Shown here piece by piece: positions 10,797-25,443 of a stretch of 64,000 nucleotides of DNA. Source of the DNA: the human T2T-CHM13v2.0 reference genome, Homo sapiens. Below the pieces are notes generated by a model. It did not search any database and was not told the DNA's origin. It was given only the letters and a program-made list of their open reading frames with translations. Position numbers and translations under genes: made by a program. Position 1 is the stretch's first letter. Each line of letters starts with the position of its first letter. The stretch is from assembly GCF_009914755.1 (NCBI RefSeq), contig NC_060927.1. One strand, given 5' to 3'.

Positions 10797-13588
10797 ATCC
10801 TTAGAAGAGTTCTAATGAGGAGCTGAGCTCATTCTGTTTTTTGATCTTTACCCCCAAAGGGATCAAGAATATATGAATATGAATTAAAAACAAAAAGAAT
10901 ATCATTCACTTTGATCAGATTAACTACAATGCCCAAAGGAGTGTCTCAATTGTGGAAGTATGTCCCTAAGTAGAGGTAGGCTTTCAGTCCGTAGAGGCCA
11001 TCATAAAGACGGGAATGACTTTACCTTCAAGTTACTTCTGCCAATCACCTTTTTCCTAGGAAGGACATGACTGAAAGAATATATATAAAGAAGGACCAAG
11101 AATGGAGAAAAGATGGAGTAATGGTTTAAGAATTTGTATTAGAATTCCTTTCGATAAAGACATTCCGGTTGTATTTATTAGATAAAATGTAGACGTTTAA
11201 AAAGAGCATTTTGACCTTATAAAAATTGAACTTTGGAAAAGTTAGAATCATGACAATGGCTTTGAGTTGGCTGAGTTCATTATAGAAAATGAGACTTTCC
11301 ATATCTCATGTTCTAAAGTTCTGCCTCAATGAACTCATCCATCTGCAACTCCTATAGATTTCAAATAGGTTATATTCAGATGGCCTTGAGCGATGGGAGA
11401 TTAGCCTCCATGCAGGTAGGCGGACATGAGGTCAGGTGGAGTGGCCTGGGCCATCTTCAGGATATATCCCAGGAAGTCCCACAAAAGCTCTGGTGACTTA
11501 TGCCTTGTCACTGACGTGATGCAGCGACTCATTCTGTCTTTGTTTCTCTGTTTCCTCCTTTAGTTCCCTCTGACATTTGAATGAATCTTTGTAATTTTAT
11601 GTAGAAGGAGAGGGTAGGGGAGAAGGAAAGAGGAAGGGAGAAAAAGAGGGAGAGAGAGAAAGAATGAATCTAATTAGTCTTGTTATTTGAACACATCCAA
11701 AAACTTGGGGCTCCCAGACCAACCAATGGTCAGGTGGTACCATCAATTCCCTTGCTTTTTTTTAACCTTGCCATGAAAATTAATTGTCAAAAATAACATT
11801 TCTTTTGCTACATATATTACCTCTGTCTGCCAACTGGAAAAGGGAAATAGAGAAGGTAAGATCCAGGTAACCAACTTTTCTAAGGTTGCTCAGTGGTGGG
11901 GCTGGGCTTGAACTCTTCTTGTTATGACCAAAGTCAGTCCTCTTTTCATAACTCTATGTTTGCTGTGGATATTGAGGGGACACACAGGTTTTTAAAGCAC
12001 TTTGTCTGTCTTTAAGGATATTGCATTCCTACTGAGAAGTCATAATCACTGAAAACCATTTAGATCTAAAACCCTGATTGCTCTTTGGCCCTTCAGGACC
12101 TAGATTTTATGAAGCTTATAACATTCCTTCCCACCCAGGTACCCACTGTGCATCGTAAGTACTCTGATTTACTATGCATGTCTTATTCTGCTGTCTTTAG
12201 TTGTTTTCATAACTTTTCCTTCACTGCTTATCTGGTGATCTAACACATGGGACATAGTAGAGAAACCCATTTCATCTTTGCGGAATGATTGAATCAATGG
12301 TTTTTGTTGGTGAGGGAATTTTGGAAATTTGTAGATGTGCTTTTGAGTGCCATGCTCATTGGGAGCGCTGTAGAGATTTAGTGGGCAGAAGCTAGGAGGC
12401 TTAATGTCCTGCAATGTATGCGATAGTTGCAAATAATAAAGAAGTGCCTCATGTTCTCATGACTTTCCGATGTCCCACCAGGCATTCCTGTTAAGAACCA
12501 CCCCTACCCCCAAATAAATTATGATGAACTGATCCTAAATCATAACTTCATTTTACATATAAATGCAAAACATTGTTGTATGCTTTTATTATACCCTAAA
12601 TTATTTAGGATTTTAATTGCCATGCAAGTCAGTAGTAGGTTGATCTTTGTTCTGTTGGGAACTCCTCTGAGAGTCATTCATCATTTTATAAAATCATGTC
12701 ACCGATGGCAGTGCTGTTCTCGGTATTCAAGTCACCAGTTCCACAAACTTGTGTCAATCTGCATTCATAACTAAAACATTCACTCTAATTCTGCATAGAG
12801 GGGCAAGCATCTTACCACTTCTTTATGCCTGAGCAATTACACATTGAAATAACCATTACTTTATTAAAAATTACATTTTTCTATTCATCCTTGGTATTGC
12901 AGTCAGAGAAATGTATTAACTTCTTTGGAATTACATGTAGGTGTAGGTGGCCTATATTACCTATGACTTTCATTTTGGAATCATACAGCAGGTGATATGT
13001 GTTGCTAAAAGAAGCATTGGTTCCAAAGGGTTGAGAATCTTTGGAATGAATGAGTGAATGAATGAATACATGAATGAATTAGTGAAAAAATAACAGTGTG
13101 AAATAAACTGACTAGAAAATAAATGCTCTAGCTGTTGAGAGGAAGGGAGTTAATAAGTGAAATGGACAAAGGAGGGCTTGCAACACCAGAACCAGCAATT
13201 ATGCCAGCCATGGGGTACTGGGCATGGTGCTGGGAACAGCGATATGCAGAAGACCCAGGGAAAGCAGGAAAGTTTCCTGTCTTGGAAGGCATATGGGGTT
13301 AGGAAGTAACCATCTAGTACTTGCCTTCATTTCTTGATGTGTAGCCAATGTAGCCAATGTCCCCAAGGGGTATAAAAGGGACTCAAAAGTATTGTTATAA
13401 TGAATTCACTCTTCTGATATATATTTAACACATAAGGGTTGTGTTAGGTATTGTGTCAGACACCTCAGAAGCTCTGTGAGAGTTTTCTGGGTAAATCCAT
13501 GAGAATGATGGGTTTTCACTTGTGTGTGGTGTCAGGTTCTATCTCCAATGAGACATTATATTAGTATTTACCAGAAAAATTGTAAAAT

Positions 13589-13959
13589 TATTATGGATTA
13601 AATTGTGTCCTCTAAAGAGATGTTGAAGCCTGTACCCCCAGTACCTGTGAACATAGCCTTATTTGGAAATAGGATTAAGTTAAGATGAGGTTATTAGGGT
13701 GAGCCCTAATCCAGTATGACTATGTCCTTATAAAAGGGGGAAATTTAAACACAGAGATAGAGACACATGTGAAGATTGGAGCTAGCTGCCAAAAGCCAAA
13801 GACTGCTGGCAAGCCACCAGGAGCTAGGAGAGAGGCATGGAGAACATTCCCCCCACAGCTCTTAGAAGGAGGCAACCCTGCCAGCACCTTGGTTTTGGAC
13901 TTCTGGCCTACAGAACGGTTTGTGGTATTTTGTGACAGCAACTCTAGAAAACTGATACA
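13589..13959 (+). mobile_element. MLT1B/MLT1C-type MaLR solo LTR
   Basis: AATTGTGTCC...CCTTATTTGGAAATAGG...TAAGATGAGG...CCCTAATCCAGTATGACT...CCTTATAAAAG...TTGGACTTCTGGCC...AAACTGATACA end. Confidence 0.88.
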
Positions 13960-15605
13960 GGGACCATAACTTCTTACTACCGAAAAAGAAAAAACTATGT
14001 TTTCGAAACTTTCTCCCTCTAAAAATATCCATTAATTTGTTTATTTTCTCATAATTTTGTCCTTATAATGACTTTCTTTTCCTACTTTATGTGGCTTCTT
14101 TGGCTTGGACTAATGAATAATATTTGAAGAAAGGACTTTTTTTATTACTGCATAGCCAATCTGTCTTTATCCTGACAGCTGCAAGTCCGTGATTATAATT
14201 CACAATGTTCACAATTTTTCAGAATGAATTTCTTTCTCTTCCTCTGATTTTCATTTTGTCTTACTGGATGGCAAACTCCCATCTCCTTTCTTGACCTCAA
14301 CATGTTCTCTTTAATATTCATTTTATTCTTCATTTTAAAACCTTTGCCTCAAAACCCTGCAGGATTACTCATCACTGTCAAATTGGAATCTGTGAGATTC
14401 TTCAGAAAAACCATTCATATTACAAGTTCATATTCAAGTTTCAGTCACCGAGGGATTATTGGTGGCAGTGATCTTATTATAATTATCAGTTCTGTATTAT
14501 CTTGAACATCGCCTTATTGGCTTATCTTCTAGCCTCTCTTTAGGATTTGTATACTATAAATTTATCGTACAAACTTACATATTGACTTTGCCTCAGCTTC
14601 TAGTGTCCAGAATTCTTGGACAGTCTTTCAACAGTCAAATTGTAACGATTCCTCTGTCCATCCCTAGCATCTCTCCTGCAATAACACTTATTGTCTTCTC
14701 CCTTATATTTAGAGCTAATTTTGTTATGTAATTAGTTGTACACACTTTTGGTGTCCTGGTCTTTATATCTGTCCCCATTAGTTCCCCTTATCCAGGATTC
14801 TTTTAGTTTCTTATGGCCAAAAGCTTATGTAAGCTTCTTTGAGGTAACCTAGGGTTTCACCACATTAAACTTTACTAAAGGATTCTGGCCCTAACTAAAT
14901 CCTTCCCTGGTTAACTTGGCCCCTACCATTGTCTTTTTATGTTAATCAGATGAATCAAACTTAATAATATGAAAATCTACAAATACAGAGTTTGTTGTTT
15001 TTTTTTTCTAGTTATTGCCCAAATCTGAAAAAAGCCATTGTACATTTGGTGGAAATGACTGCTTTTCAATGAGAATGTGCATTGTTAATTTAGTGCTGAG
15101 ATCCTTTGCCAAATGCCCATAAGCTTTGCAAATGTTCAGACAAAATTAAAAAAATAGGGCATTTTGAGAGTAAGGCCAGAGTTTATCTGTGGCTTTGTGG
15201 GCACTGATGATAGCACAGAGTTACCTGGCTGTTGTTTCATGGTGAATCACATGTGGTCCCGCGAGAAGTACTGCTTGGAGACTGCCCCTAACCTCTGGGA
15301 GCTTATAGTTAACTCAAAACTAATCATTAGGAAAGGTTCATCTTGTTGAACCACAATTGATGTTAGTGTTGAAAATCTAGGGGAGCGGGGAGATGCAGAA
15401 AGATAGGAAGTTGAAAATGGAGTGAGAGAGGTGGCTGCTTCCAGACCCAGTCTGTGTTCTTGGACAGATTTTTAACCTCTGTGTGCCATTTTCTCTGTAA
15501 AATAAGGACAATTTATCTTTGAAAAATTATGATGTTGTTCATGATCAATTTACATCAATTGATACATGTAAGCTACTTATAACAGTGTTACAAGAGTAAA
15601 AAGTA

Positions 15606-15775
15606 GGCTAAGTATGGTGGCTCACACCTATACTCCCAGCGCTTTGCGGGACTGAGTCAGGAGGATCACTTAAGCTCAGGAGTTAGAGACCACGCTGAGC
15701 TGTGATGACATCTTGGCACTCCAGCCTGGGCAGCAAAGCAAAACCCTGTGTCCAAAAAAAGAAAGAAAAAAAAAA
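15606..15775 (+). mobile_element. Alu monomer (FRAM-like or left/right-arm chimera) inserted in a MIR remnant
   Basis: About 150 nt of Alu sequence plus an A tail; flanking MIR-like TTTTCTCTGTAAAATAAGGACAAT and TAGTAAATAATAGC. Confidence 0.85.
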
Positions 15776-17582
15776 GTAAAAACTTAGTAAATAATAGCAT
15801 TCATTATTATTATCCATGCTTTGCGGCCACAATTCATCCACTTACTAGCAAAAATCTTGTCACAGGACAATCATTCCATTAATTATGCATTCTAACTTCC
15901 AAAATGCAAAGGTCTTTCTACATGTGCATGTGCTTTTGCACATATTTCTAAAGTTTACATTAGGCATATGGAAGTTTTCACTTCATAGAGCTTATACCCT
16001 GCCAAGATATATTTTTTTTTAATTTCAGAATTCTCAAGGGGACAATCCTAAGTTTGGGTATTAGAAAAGACATTTTTTCATAAGTAAGCTTGCCCTGATG
16101 AATAATTTTGTATTTATCATGAAGAGTTCACATCCAAGAAATACACAACATTTAAGGCTATTTTTCATAGATGAGGATCCTTTAGAGTTGGAGAACTAGT
16201 TAAAGACCAAACTTCCTTTTCTCTTAGGACCTGCGGGGTCTGCATGTCACTTTGTCCTTTATAAACAATCTCTAATAATGCTTGACTTAATTTCAGTGAT
16301 GTTTATAATAATGAACACTTTCTAACACTAATATTAATTGCTTAACGGTTGTGAAATTGGCCAACCAAAAAGAAGTACCTAAGGAGAAAAATTAACCTTG
16401 ACATTTCATACAAGTGAATAGTGCTTTAATGATAACCACATGGTTAAAAAGAACTCTACACTTAAGAATATTTAGTAAATCATTTTTTTTATAATCAGAA
16501 TGGCTTTTATTAGAATGCCAAAACAGGAATTTCTGTGAGTCCTGATGGAAATCTCTGAGACATAAAGTGACTTTCATAGCCACATTGACTTCTGTCCTGA
16601 CTTTGTGTAGGCAATTTTAGAATTTGTCTTTCATTTTTTCTTCTATAAGAAATCTTATTCCAGAACTAAAGCCAAATAACAAATCAAAGAATTCGTATGC
16701 CACTATTGATGATAATATTTGGTGACTACATTAAACATGTAATAGAATTATATATAAATTGCTGCAAAGGCTAACATCATCTTTAGTACTTGTCACAGTT
16801 TTTCTGTCTTCACTTTAAGAACAGAAAACAGAGTTGTATGTCCAGTATTGGGTGAACAAAGGAGTATTATGGAATGGAAAAAGAACAAAATTTGACCCTG
16901 GGAATTCCAGCATTCCAATTAAAAATACAACTAACAAAGACAAAATATATAAGAGCATAAAGTATGTATATAGACTTTGTGCAAGTCAGATAAAAAAGAC
17001 AACCCCAACGAAAAATAAACAAAAGATTTTATTTCACTAAAAAGAAATTCAGATATCCCATATCAACCTCATATTGGTGATACAAATCAAGACAACCATG
17101 GTATGCCATTTTATATCCAGTACAGATGAAAAAATTAAGAATTATGGCTACAATACCAAGTATTAGAAAGAGTGTGGATCATCAGATACTTTGAAACACA
17201 CGGCTGGTGAGATCCTACACTGGTATAATTGTTTTGAAAATGACTTAGCACATTCTATAAAATTGAATATTCAGATTCGATTTCAACCAAACAATTTTAC
17301 CTCTATGTATTATTCTAGAGAACCTCTTTAATATGAATTTAGGTTTAAGAATGTTTATGGTAGCACTGGTCATAGATTATAAAAAAAGGATGCTATTTGA
17401 ATATGAGCAGATGTAGGCAAAATAAGTGGTATATTCACTAAATTGAATATTATTCATCAGTGAAAATTTATACACCACGAACACGGATAGATCATAGAAA
17501 GATAATGAATGGAAATGAATGAAATGATAATGAATGAAAAACTCTTTAAGTGCACATATAGGGTGCCAACATTTTTATAAAT

Positions 17583-17745
17583 CGTAGAAAAGAAATGATT
17601 TTTTTCCTCACCCATCTCTAGATTCATGACTGAGACACCTATAACAAAAGACAGATTAACATCAGAAAAAACATACAAATTTGTTTAATGTAAGTTATAT
17701 ATGCTTGGGAACCTTCAGAAATGAAGACCCAAAGAAAAAGGTAAG

Positions 17746-17808
<63 letters not shown>

Positions 17809-18118
17809 CTGCTAAGTTTGATGAAGAGTAGCCAGTCATATCAGTCACACGATGGAACAAAGGAAGTAGGATTTAATGGTAATACCCTGAGGGGTGCTTC
17901 TCAAAACCAGTTTGCTTAGATTCTTGTCTGTGTCCATGCTTCTTCAGAGATAGGGATGTGCCTTTCCTCCTCTTATTGGGAGGGAACCTCTCAAATGAGG
18001 GTCTTATGACCTGCAGGAGAGCATGGTGAGAGGAAGAAGACAATGGCCTCTTACCTCTGCTTTTTTCTCAAAAACCATGCTGCCATAATATAGGTCTAGC
18101 ATGTTCTGAACCCTGTTA
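17583..18118 (-). mobile_element. ERV1 solo LTR of the MER31/MER34/MER67 group
   Basis: AACAAAAGACAGATTAACA...CATACAAATTT...CCTTCAGAAATGAAGACCCAAAGA, end GCATGTTCTGAACCCTGTTA; 4-bp TSD AAAT at 17579-17582 and 18119-18122. Confidence 0.75.
17748..17803. repeat. (TG)28 microsatellite
   Basis: Uninterrupted TG run inside the LTR. Confidence 0.97.
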
Positions 18119-19089
18119 AAATCTAAAATAAACATTGTTTAGAAAAATAGGTATTTGTAAGAATGCTATATATTATTTATTTGTTACACTAACCTCAAGA
18201 TAACAGGTACTTCTTGGTGGTGCAGTGGGACAGGCAAGTGGGTAGGATAAAGAACACATGAGTAGACACAGCAGAAAGGATAAAGTTTTAAGTGATTAAG
18301 TATTCATCTTCCAGTATGCTTTGCCATATGCATATATGTTACATTTTTATAGCTTATTAAATGTACATTACAAAGATAAAATATGAATATATCCTTCATG
18401 TGTTAGAGACAGGAGAAAGGGAAAGTTTTTTTTAAGGCAAATGGCTAATAAAAATACTTTTAATCTTTGTCTTAAAAGTAATTGAACAAAAGCAATTTTA
18501 AAAAGAAATGCAAATGAAGATTTCATTTGTTGTGACGAGGCACAGATTTAAAAGATTTCTGATGGTGTTCAGGCTACAGAGAAATGAACACTCAGATACA
18601 GCCTTGTTGTGGAGAAAGAAAATTAATATCTCTTTTCTGTGAAATAATTTTGAACTTAGTAAAAAGGCCTTAAAATATTTTACCTATGACTTTACATTTT
18701 GTTACGATGAATTTATTCATAATAAATAAATGTTTTAGTGTGTTTGAGACAACACAGATATTAGCACAGACATGTTTGTAATTAAAAAACTGAAGACAAC
18801 CTTCCTGGCTAATAAGAGGTGACTGATTAGAGAATGAAAATAACAAGCAGTCCTTTAAAATGTCGATGGAGAAATGAATGTATTGACATGGAAATATTCA
18901 ATGGGATAAACAAGTTACCGAATTAATAGAATTAAATATTAAGTATCAAGACAATATTCTTACATTTTTAACATATATATTGTATATGTTTTGGGGTATC
19001 CATGTGGGTTTAGGACAAATTCTAGCAAGCATATTAATAGTCTTCATTTCTGGGTCAGGGAATCATCCCTGATGTTTTATTTATCTTTA

Positions 19090-19200
19090 TTCAGGGACCA
19101 TGACATCTTGCTCATCATTGAATACTCATTGCTCAGAGCTTGGTGCTTGGCACATAGTAGGTGCTCACTAAATGTTTGTTGTATAAATAAATGTGTTTAA
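19090..19200 (+). mobile_element. L2 3' end
   Basis: GTGCTTGGCACATAGTAGGTGCTCACTAAATGTTTGTTG. Confidence 0.75.
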
Positions 19201-20373
19201 TAATTATTTATGGAACTAATTTTAAAAAGGGAGACCTTTTATTGGGTTAATTCAATTGTATTCGGCTGAACCAAATATCCTAGCTAAATCAAGATCAAAA
19301 GTATTCATGCCTGATTCTATTTCCAAGAAATTAACCCTTCAGAGGTTTATTAGCATTTTGAAGTGTTAACTTCTAAGCTAAGGTCCTGACCGTGCAGTGG
19401 TAAAATTTCCAAGGAGGTATTTTGGAGTAGAAAAGTTATTCTGTCAGCTTCTTTGAAAGCGGTATCATCTGATATCCATGTACTCTACCCATGACTAAGT
19501 CATTCTGTATTTTATTAGGCTTCAGCTAAATTATAAATGTTGTTATTATTACTATCTATAATAATTATAACTACCATTTGTGTGAGAAACTATATACATC
19601 ATCTTGTTTTTTACCCACAATAGATATATGAGGTATTTCTTGAATTCATTTACTTATACATACCATGTTTTATTTGGAAAAAGAAAGATTTTATGACCAC
19701 TTGTGAAAAAATTATATGTGTAACTTTTTAAAATTGTAAATGAGGACATTTGGGGAAAGAGAAAATAAGTACAGGGAAACAGGTTGAAGCCCATTTGAGG
19801 CCAGTGCATTAAAATGCATCCTATGATATAGATAATAAATGTTGCTCAAACAAACTAAAAGTCTAACCCAAGAAGAGGAGTCACAAAGTCATATAGTTGA
19901 CAGAGTTCATAAAATGAAGTCATCCAGGCATGCAGAGAAGCACAAATGACTGTACCATGAACCACATCCCAACTCTACCTTTATAATAAATATGATTCTT
20001 TATGTGTGTTTGTGTTTTTAATATCATCCCTCAATGTAGGCTAAATTAATCATTCCAAAGGTCAGTCAGCGAAAGCAGGTCCCTGCAGGGGTCCAAACCC
20101 TGTCTCCAGGTACATCGCTCTCTGACAGTCTAAGTTTAATCCAAAAATAAATATTAGAGTGTCAAGATAAATAAATGATCTTCATAGCCTTCGGGCAATT
20201 ATCCATAAAAACTATTTTCCTTAGCCAAAGATTTTTGTAAGCATTGAGAAACCATGAATCTGAAGTAATACTCCCTTGACAAGGACCTGAGGAGCCAAAG
20301 GCCCAACCCTCCCCTAGGAGCAGGGGCCCCAGCAGTGCCCAGGAAAAGGCCAAAATGTTCCCTCACAGAATCA

Positions 20374-20770
<397 letters not shown>

Positions 20771-23426
20771 AATCCTTCATTGGGGCCCAGCTGTGTGATC
20801 CCCGGATAAACTCCTCACCTTTCCTTTTTATGTGCTTGCAGTGGGGCCAGAGTTAGAACTGAATGAAGTAATGTTTAGGAGAGACTTTGCATAGAGCCTC
20901 AGTTAAGCCCAATGTATTCCTCAGTTTGGGTCAATTTATCGATTGTGATGCATAGGGGTTGGGGGAAGAGGAGGAATATGAAGAAATAAAGGTAAATTGT
21001 CAATGGAAAATCATAGTATCTAGAACTTTCCCATGGAAGGAGACCAGTAGAAACAAATGGATTCAAGAGTTAATTTTCCTCAATCTAATTCTCTCTGGAC
21101 ATAGGAACAGTCAATGAGTGTACTCACATGTTCCCTTACACCCCCAACCAGGCCCATACCCCAGGCAGATACACGCAACAAAAACACTCAAGGGAGAGTA
21201 TGGTTCATGTTTCCAAATGATAATGCCTTCTTTTGTGTACTGATATGTGCAACTATATATGCATATATATGTGTGTATATATATTTTGGGTAGAAGTGTA
21301 AAGTATTTCTAATCTTACTGTGGGTCTTGCATTATAGAGCACTCCAGGAGATGTTTAACTGGCATGTTCTGTTTGAGGTCACAATGTGCCAAATTTTTTC
21401 ATGGAAAGCTTCAGCTGATCAACTAAAAAATGCATTTATTTAACAGGCAAATGAAAAAGAGACTGCCAGGTGATTCCTTGAGGTGTGGTTAATTAATTCC
21501 AATCTGTTTATGGCAACAGTTTTCTGGTTTCAAATGATAAATGCCCTTCCTCCAAAAAGGAACCTCAAAGAGAAAGGGTCTCCTCCCCACTTCTAGATTT
21601 TTTTCTTTGTCCTTGGCTACTTACGTCGCGTGCTGCTCAGAATGAGTTCACATCAGTAATAGTCATAAATGATTTACAAAAGTAATTCCTGTCTAATCAC
21701 TTGGGACTTGGAGTTTTTATGATGTTGCCAGATGTGCCATCAAAAAAAATCATCTGGTTTAGAAACTTGTGCTAAATCAAGTCAGAGTCAATTAATTCCC
21801 TAAAGGCAACTGATTGGTTTGCATGGATCTGTGTTGGGGGCCTCGCCCATCATCTAACTCTTTTCCTCCTTAGGTTCACGTTTGTTTTGTAAAAAACAAA
21901 AACAACTCTGTAAACACAAAGTTATTGGGAGGCTGTCAGCATGGGCATGTATTACAGACTTTGATATAACTTCCATGTTTCTTTCATGTATTAAAAGGGC
22001 ATTTTAGTCCATGAAAAAAATAGGGGAAAGTTTTCAAAACCCCAAGCAAACATATTTCTTATATAGACTCTGTTACTCACAATACTGGCAGCAATATTGC
22101 ATAAATACTTGGACATTGCTTGTGGGACAATATTATTCCCTTTTGAATGAAAGCTCCCCTTAGAATCCATCTTTACTTCCTCTGGGCCCTTAACACATGA
22201 GTTTTATATCTCTAATAAAGAATTTTGTTTATTCCACCTTATAATGTGGTCATTGGTTTAAACTTTTATCCCTCCCATGAAATTGTCCCGTGCTAAGAGC
22301 AAGTGCCATATTATCTCCTACCTCACTTAGGGTGATGCCTTTGACCAGGGAGATTCTGAGTAACTTTGTTAAATGAAGGAAAGAATCCAAAAATGGACAG
22401 CTATGAATTTTCCTTCCAAAGCACATGGGGAAATAAGTGAAAAGATCCATATTGAGCTTTTAAATCACTTTGCTGGATTGTGTTACAGTAACTAAGCTGG
22501 GCAATAACTAAGTAACTTGCATTGGGGGAAGACATTAACTCAGTCTCTTCCATCTATGCAAGGATTTGAAATGGCACCTCCCAAACCAGAAATTCTCTGT
22601 TCCCAAATTATACTCCCTCAGTGGAGATTAAAATATCTATAATCCAGTGTTACAAGGCACAGTAGTTTGCTTCAATGACAAATTAAATCTTTGAGAAAAG
22701 GTTCCCCATGTTGTCTCTGATTACATAGTCAAGGAATCTTGTGAATTTGCTGATGCGTAAGTTTTCCTTTAATGTAAAGCAGGCAGACGAGGCGGGGGTG
22801 TGGAGAAGAGAGTCTCTTAGGGGAAGACAGTGAGTGTTGACATAATATCGAATCACGGCAGTTATTCTGGAAGTACTTATTTAAACAGCTTTGCAAAAGT
22901 GTAACAATGATTGAGAGTTTTGAATGTTCAAAATCTAATATTTACATGATTCTTCATCTTTGGATCTTGTAGGACATGAAGGTAGTGTCTTTGCTTAATG
23001 ATGTTGTGAATATCAGAATATGAATGAGAAACCTTGTTGGTATGATTCTCTAAGTACAACTAAATAACCTCTCATAGTTAAATAATTTATACATAAGACT
23101 GAAGCATAGTAGCCTCTTGAGGCATCTCATAAGCTATTCTTCAGATATCCTGCTACAGTTAAAAGATTTTGATTGGTAAAGATCGTGTAATTGTTTTAAA
23201 ACTATTGGTTGACAATTTTGTGGTACTAGCTATGTAAATATCCTCCCTGATGAATGGAAGGGAAATGATGGAGCATAAGATACACCTATTCAATAAAATA
23301 CTACAGACACTATAAGTGAACTTTTAATATGCCTGTAATAGGAATTAAAAGTTTTTTGTAGATAACCTATCATGCTATTTATTAATTTAACATTTAGTAC
23401 TGCTCTTTACTCATCGTGTTTTCCAT

Positions 23427-23655
23427 CAGTGGTTCTCTACTTGGGGCAGAACTGTTCCCTAGCAGGCATTTGGAATTATTTAAAAGTTTTTGGTTTGCCA
23501 TAATTAGGGGTTACCTCTGGCAATTAATGAGTGGCACAAGGATGTTTTGGCATCTGTACTGCCTCAGACAATCCTGAACCACAAAACACACAGACACACA
23601 CACGACAAAACTTGTTCTGTTGAAAACACCAGTGTCACCCATCGAAAAACACAAG
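23427..23655. mobile_element. MER20-family hAT DNA transposon
   Basis: CAGTGGTTCTCTACTTGGGGCAG start, GGCATTTGGAA, CTCTGGCAATTAATGAGTGG...AGGATG, degenerate GAAAAACAC end. Confidence 0.6.
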
Positions 23656-24814
23656 CATCTTTAGACATGGTCTTACTCATAATTGGGAGCAGGTGACTGG
23701 CATAGTATCTAGTCCCTCGTAGACAAACACTCCCTGAGTACCTACTGTATGTCAGACAACTCTTCTAGGCTCTTAGAATGTACATCTGTAAATGGAACCA
23801 AGAGCCAGGCCCTCATGAAGCTTACATTCTAGAAGGAAGCTCTAAATAAATGTTGCTTCAGACATTGTAGGTGGAAAAAGCAAGAGGCAAACTTTCATTC
23901 ACTATTTAACCAAATAGGAAATGAAAACTTTGAGTTACAGGCATGAGGGCCTCAAGTAATTGCTAACATTCCAAGCAATGGAAAAGCATGTAATCACTTG
24001 TCCCATCAACCTCCTTTTAATCTTAACTTTTTGGCTTAGTTGTGTGTCTCCCTTTTCCACTGATCACAACTTCTCTGAACCCTTTAATTCTGTTTACATT
24101 CTTCCCCATTCAAAGGAAGAATGAAGAAAGAGAAAATTGTATTCTCATAGAACAGAAGCTACCTTCCACTGGATGTTTAGAAATCTTAAAGATTGTTCCA
24201 ATGCAGAGGAAGTCTGTTAAAAAAATTAAAATAAAAAAAACCTGTTTGCACTGAAGTAAAAAGATAGGAACATTAAAACCTTAAGTCCCTAAAAAGTTCA
24301 GAAATCAATTATCTGAGTAAGATACTTCATTGTACCCATGATCTGATTGTGCTTTTTATTGTTTTATATGTTTCAATTAGCTCAACTGTAATTGCTTGTC
24401 AGCATCTCATTCTAAGCAATAAACTTGTCATAAAAAATAGTAGAAATTATCAAATTTTATTGTTCATTTTAGTATTTGTTCATCTTATTTGTTGCTGCTA
24501 CACTGGAATATATTCTTTGCTAGCAGCTGTTGTGATATTTTATAGCGACATATTTCAACAATTCTCATTCTAATTTTTTTCTATTGTGTATGTAGATTGT
24601 TGTTTTTCAGAGAAAGAAAATGTTCAAATGGAAAAGGAAAAAGGGAAATGGAGGCAACTATATAAACGTGCAATATTTACATTTTCTGTGTTTATATGAC
24701 ATATACACTATACTGACACTCAGTTTCAAAATATATACCAATAAATATTCAAAATTGTATATGTAATTAATCAGTAAGATGATTATTTAGCTACACAATT
24801 TAGATGAAAACATT

Positions 24815-25443
24815 TGTATTTTAATATTACACTATTCACAATAGCCAAGATACGGAAGCAGCCTAGGTGCCCATTAACTGATGAATGGATAAAGAAACCA
24901 TGGTATGTATATATATATGAATATTCAGGCTTTAAAAAAGGAAGAGATCTTTCCATTTGGGACAATACAGATAAATCTGGAGAACATTATGCTAAGTGAA
25001 ATAAGCCAGACATAGAAAAATACTTCACAGTCTCATTTATGTGGAATCCTAACACCATTCAATACATAGAAACAAAGAGTAGAATGGTGGTTACCAGGGT
25101 AGGAAGGAGAGAGAAGGTCAGAGAAGGCAGACTTGTAGTTGTGTAGCATGAATAAGCCTAGAGAACTAATGTACTGCAGGAGTATAGTTAATAATACTGT
25201 ATACTGAAAATTTGCTAAAAGAATAGACTTTAGGTGCTTTTACCATATGCACATACACAAAAAGGTATCTATGGAAGGTGATGGATAGCATAATTTGCTT
25301 GACAGTAGTAATCAAGTAGTATATATATACAGTAGTGTGTATATATATATATACACACACATAGTGATATATATATGTTGATATATATATATATAATGTA
25401 TATATCATGTTGTACACCTTAAATACATACAATTTAATAAAAA
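24815..25443 (+). mobile_element. L1MA8/L1MA9-like 3' end
   Basis: ORF2 C-terminal remnant LFTIAKIRKQPRCPLTDEWIKK, then 3'UTR AAAATTTGCTAAAAGAATAGAC...ATCATGTTGTACACCTTAAATACATACAAT, with an internal TA-rich repeat. Confidence 0.85.

Larger units (their letters stand above)
16830..18960 (+). mobile_element. Old L1M (L1ME-like) 3' fragments, interrupted by an ERV1 LTR
   Basis: Degenerate ORF2-end and 3'UTR motifs (CAAATCAAGACAACCATGGTATGCCATTTTA, AATGTTTATGGTAGCACTGGTCATA, GTGGTATATTCA). Boundaries approximate. Confidence 0.6.

Noticed and set aside
15335-15352. GGTTCA-N6-TGAACC inverted half-sites
   Set aside because: The IR6 geometry does not match a standard RAR/RXR element; probably coincidental.
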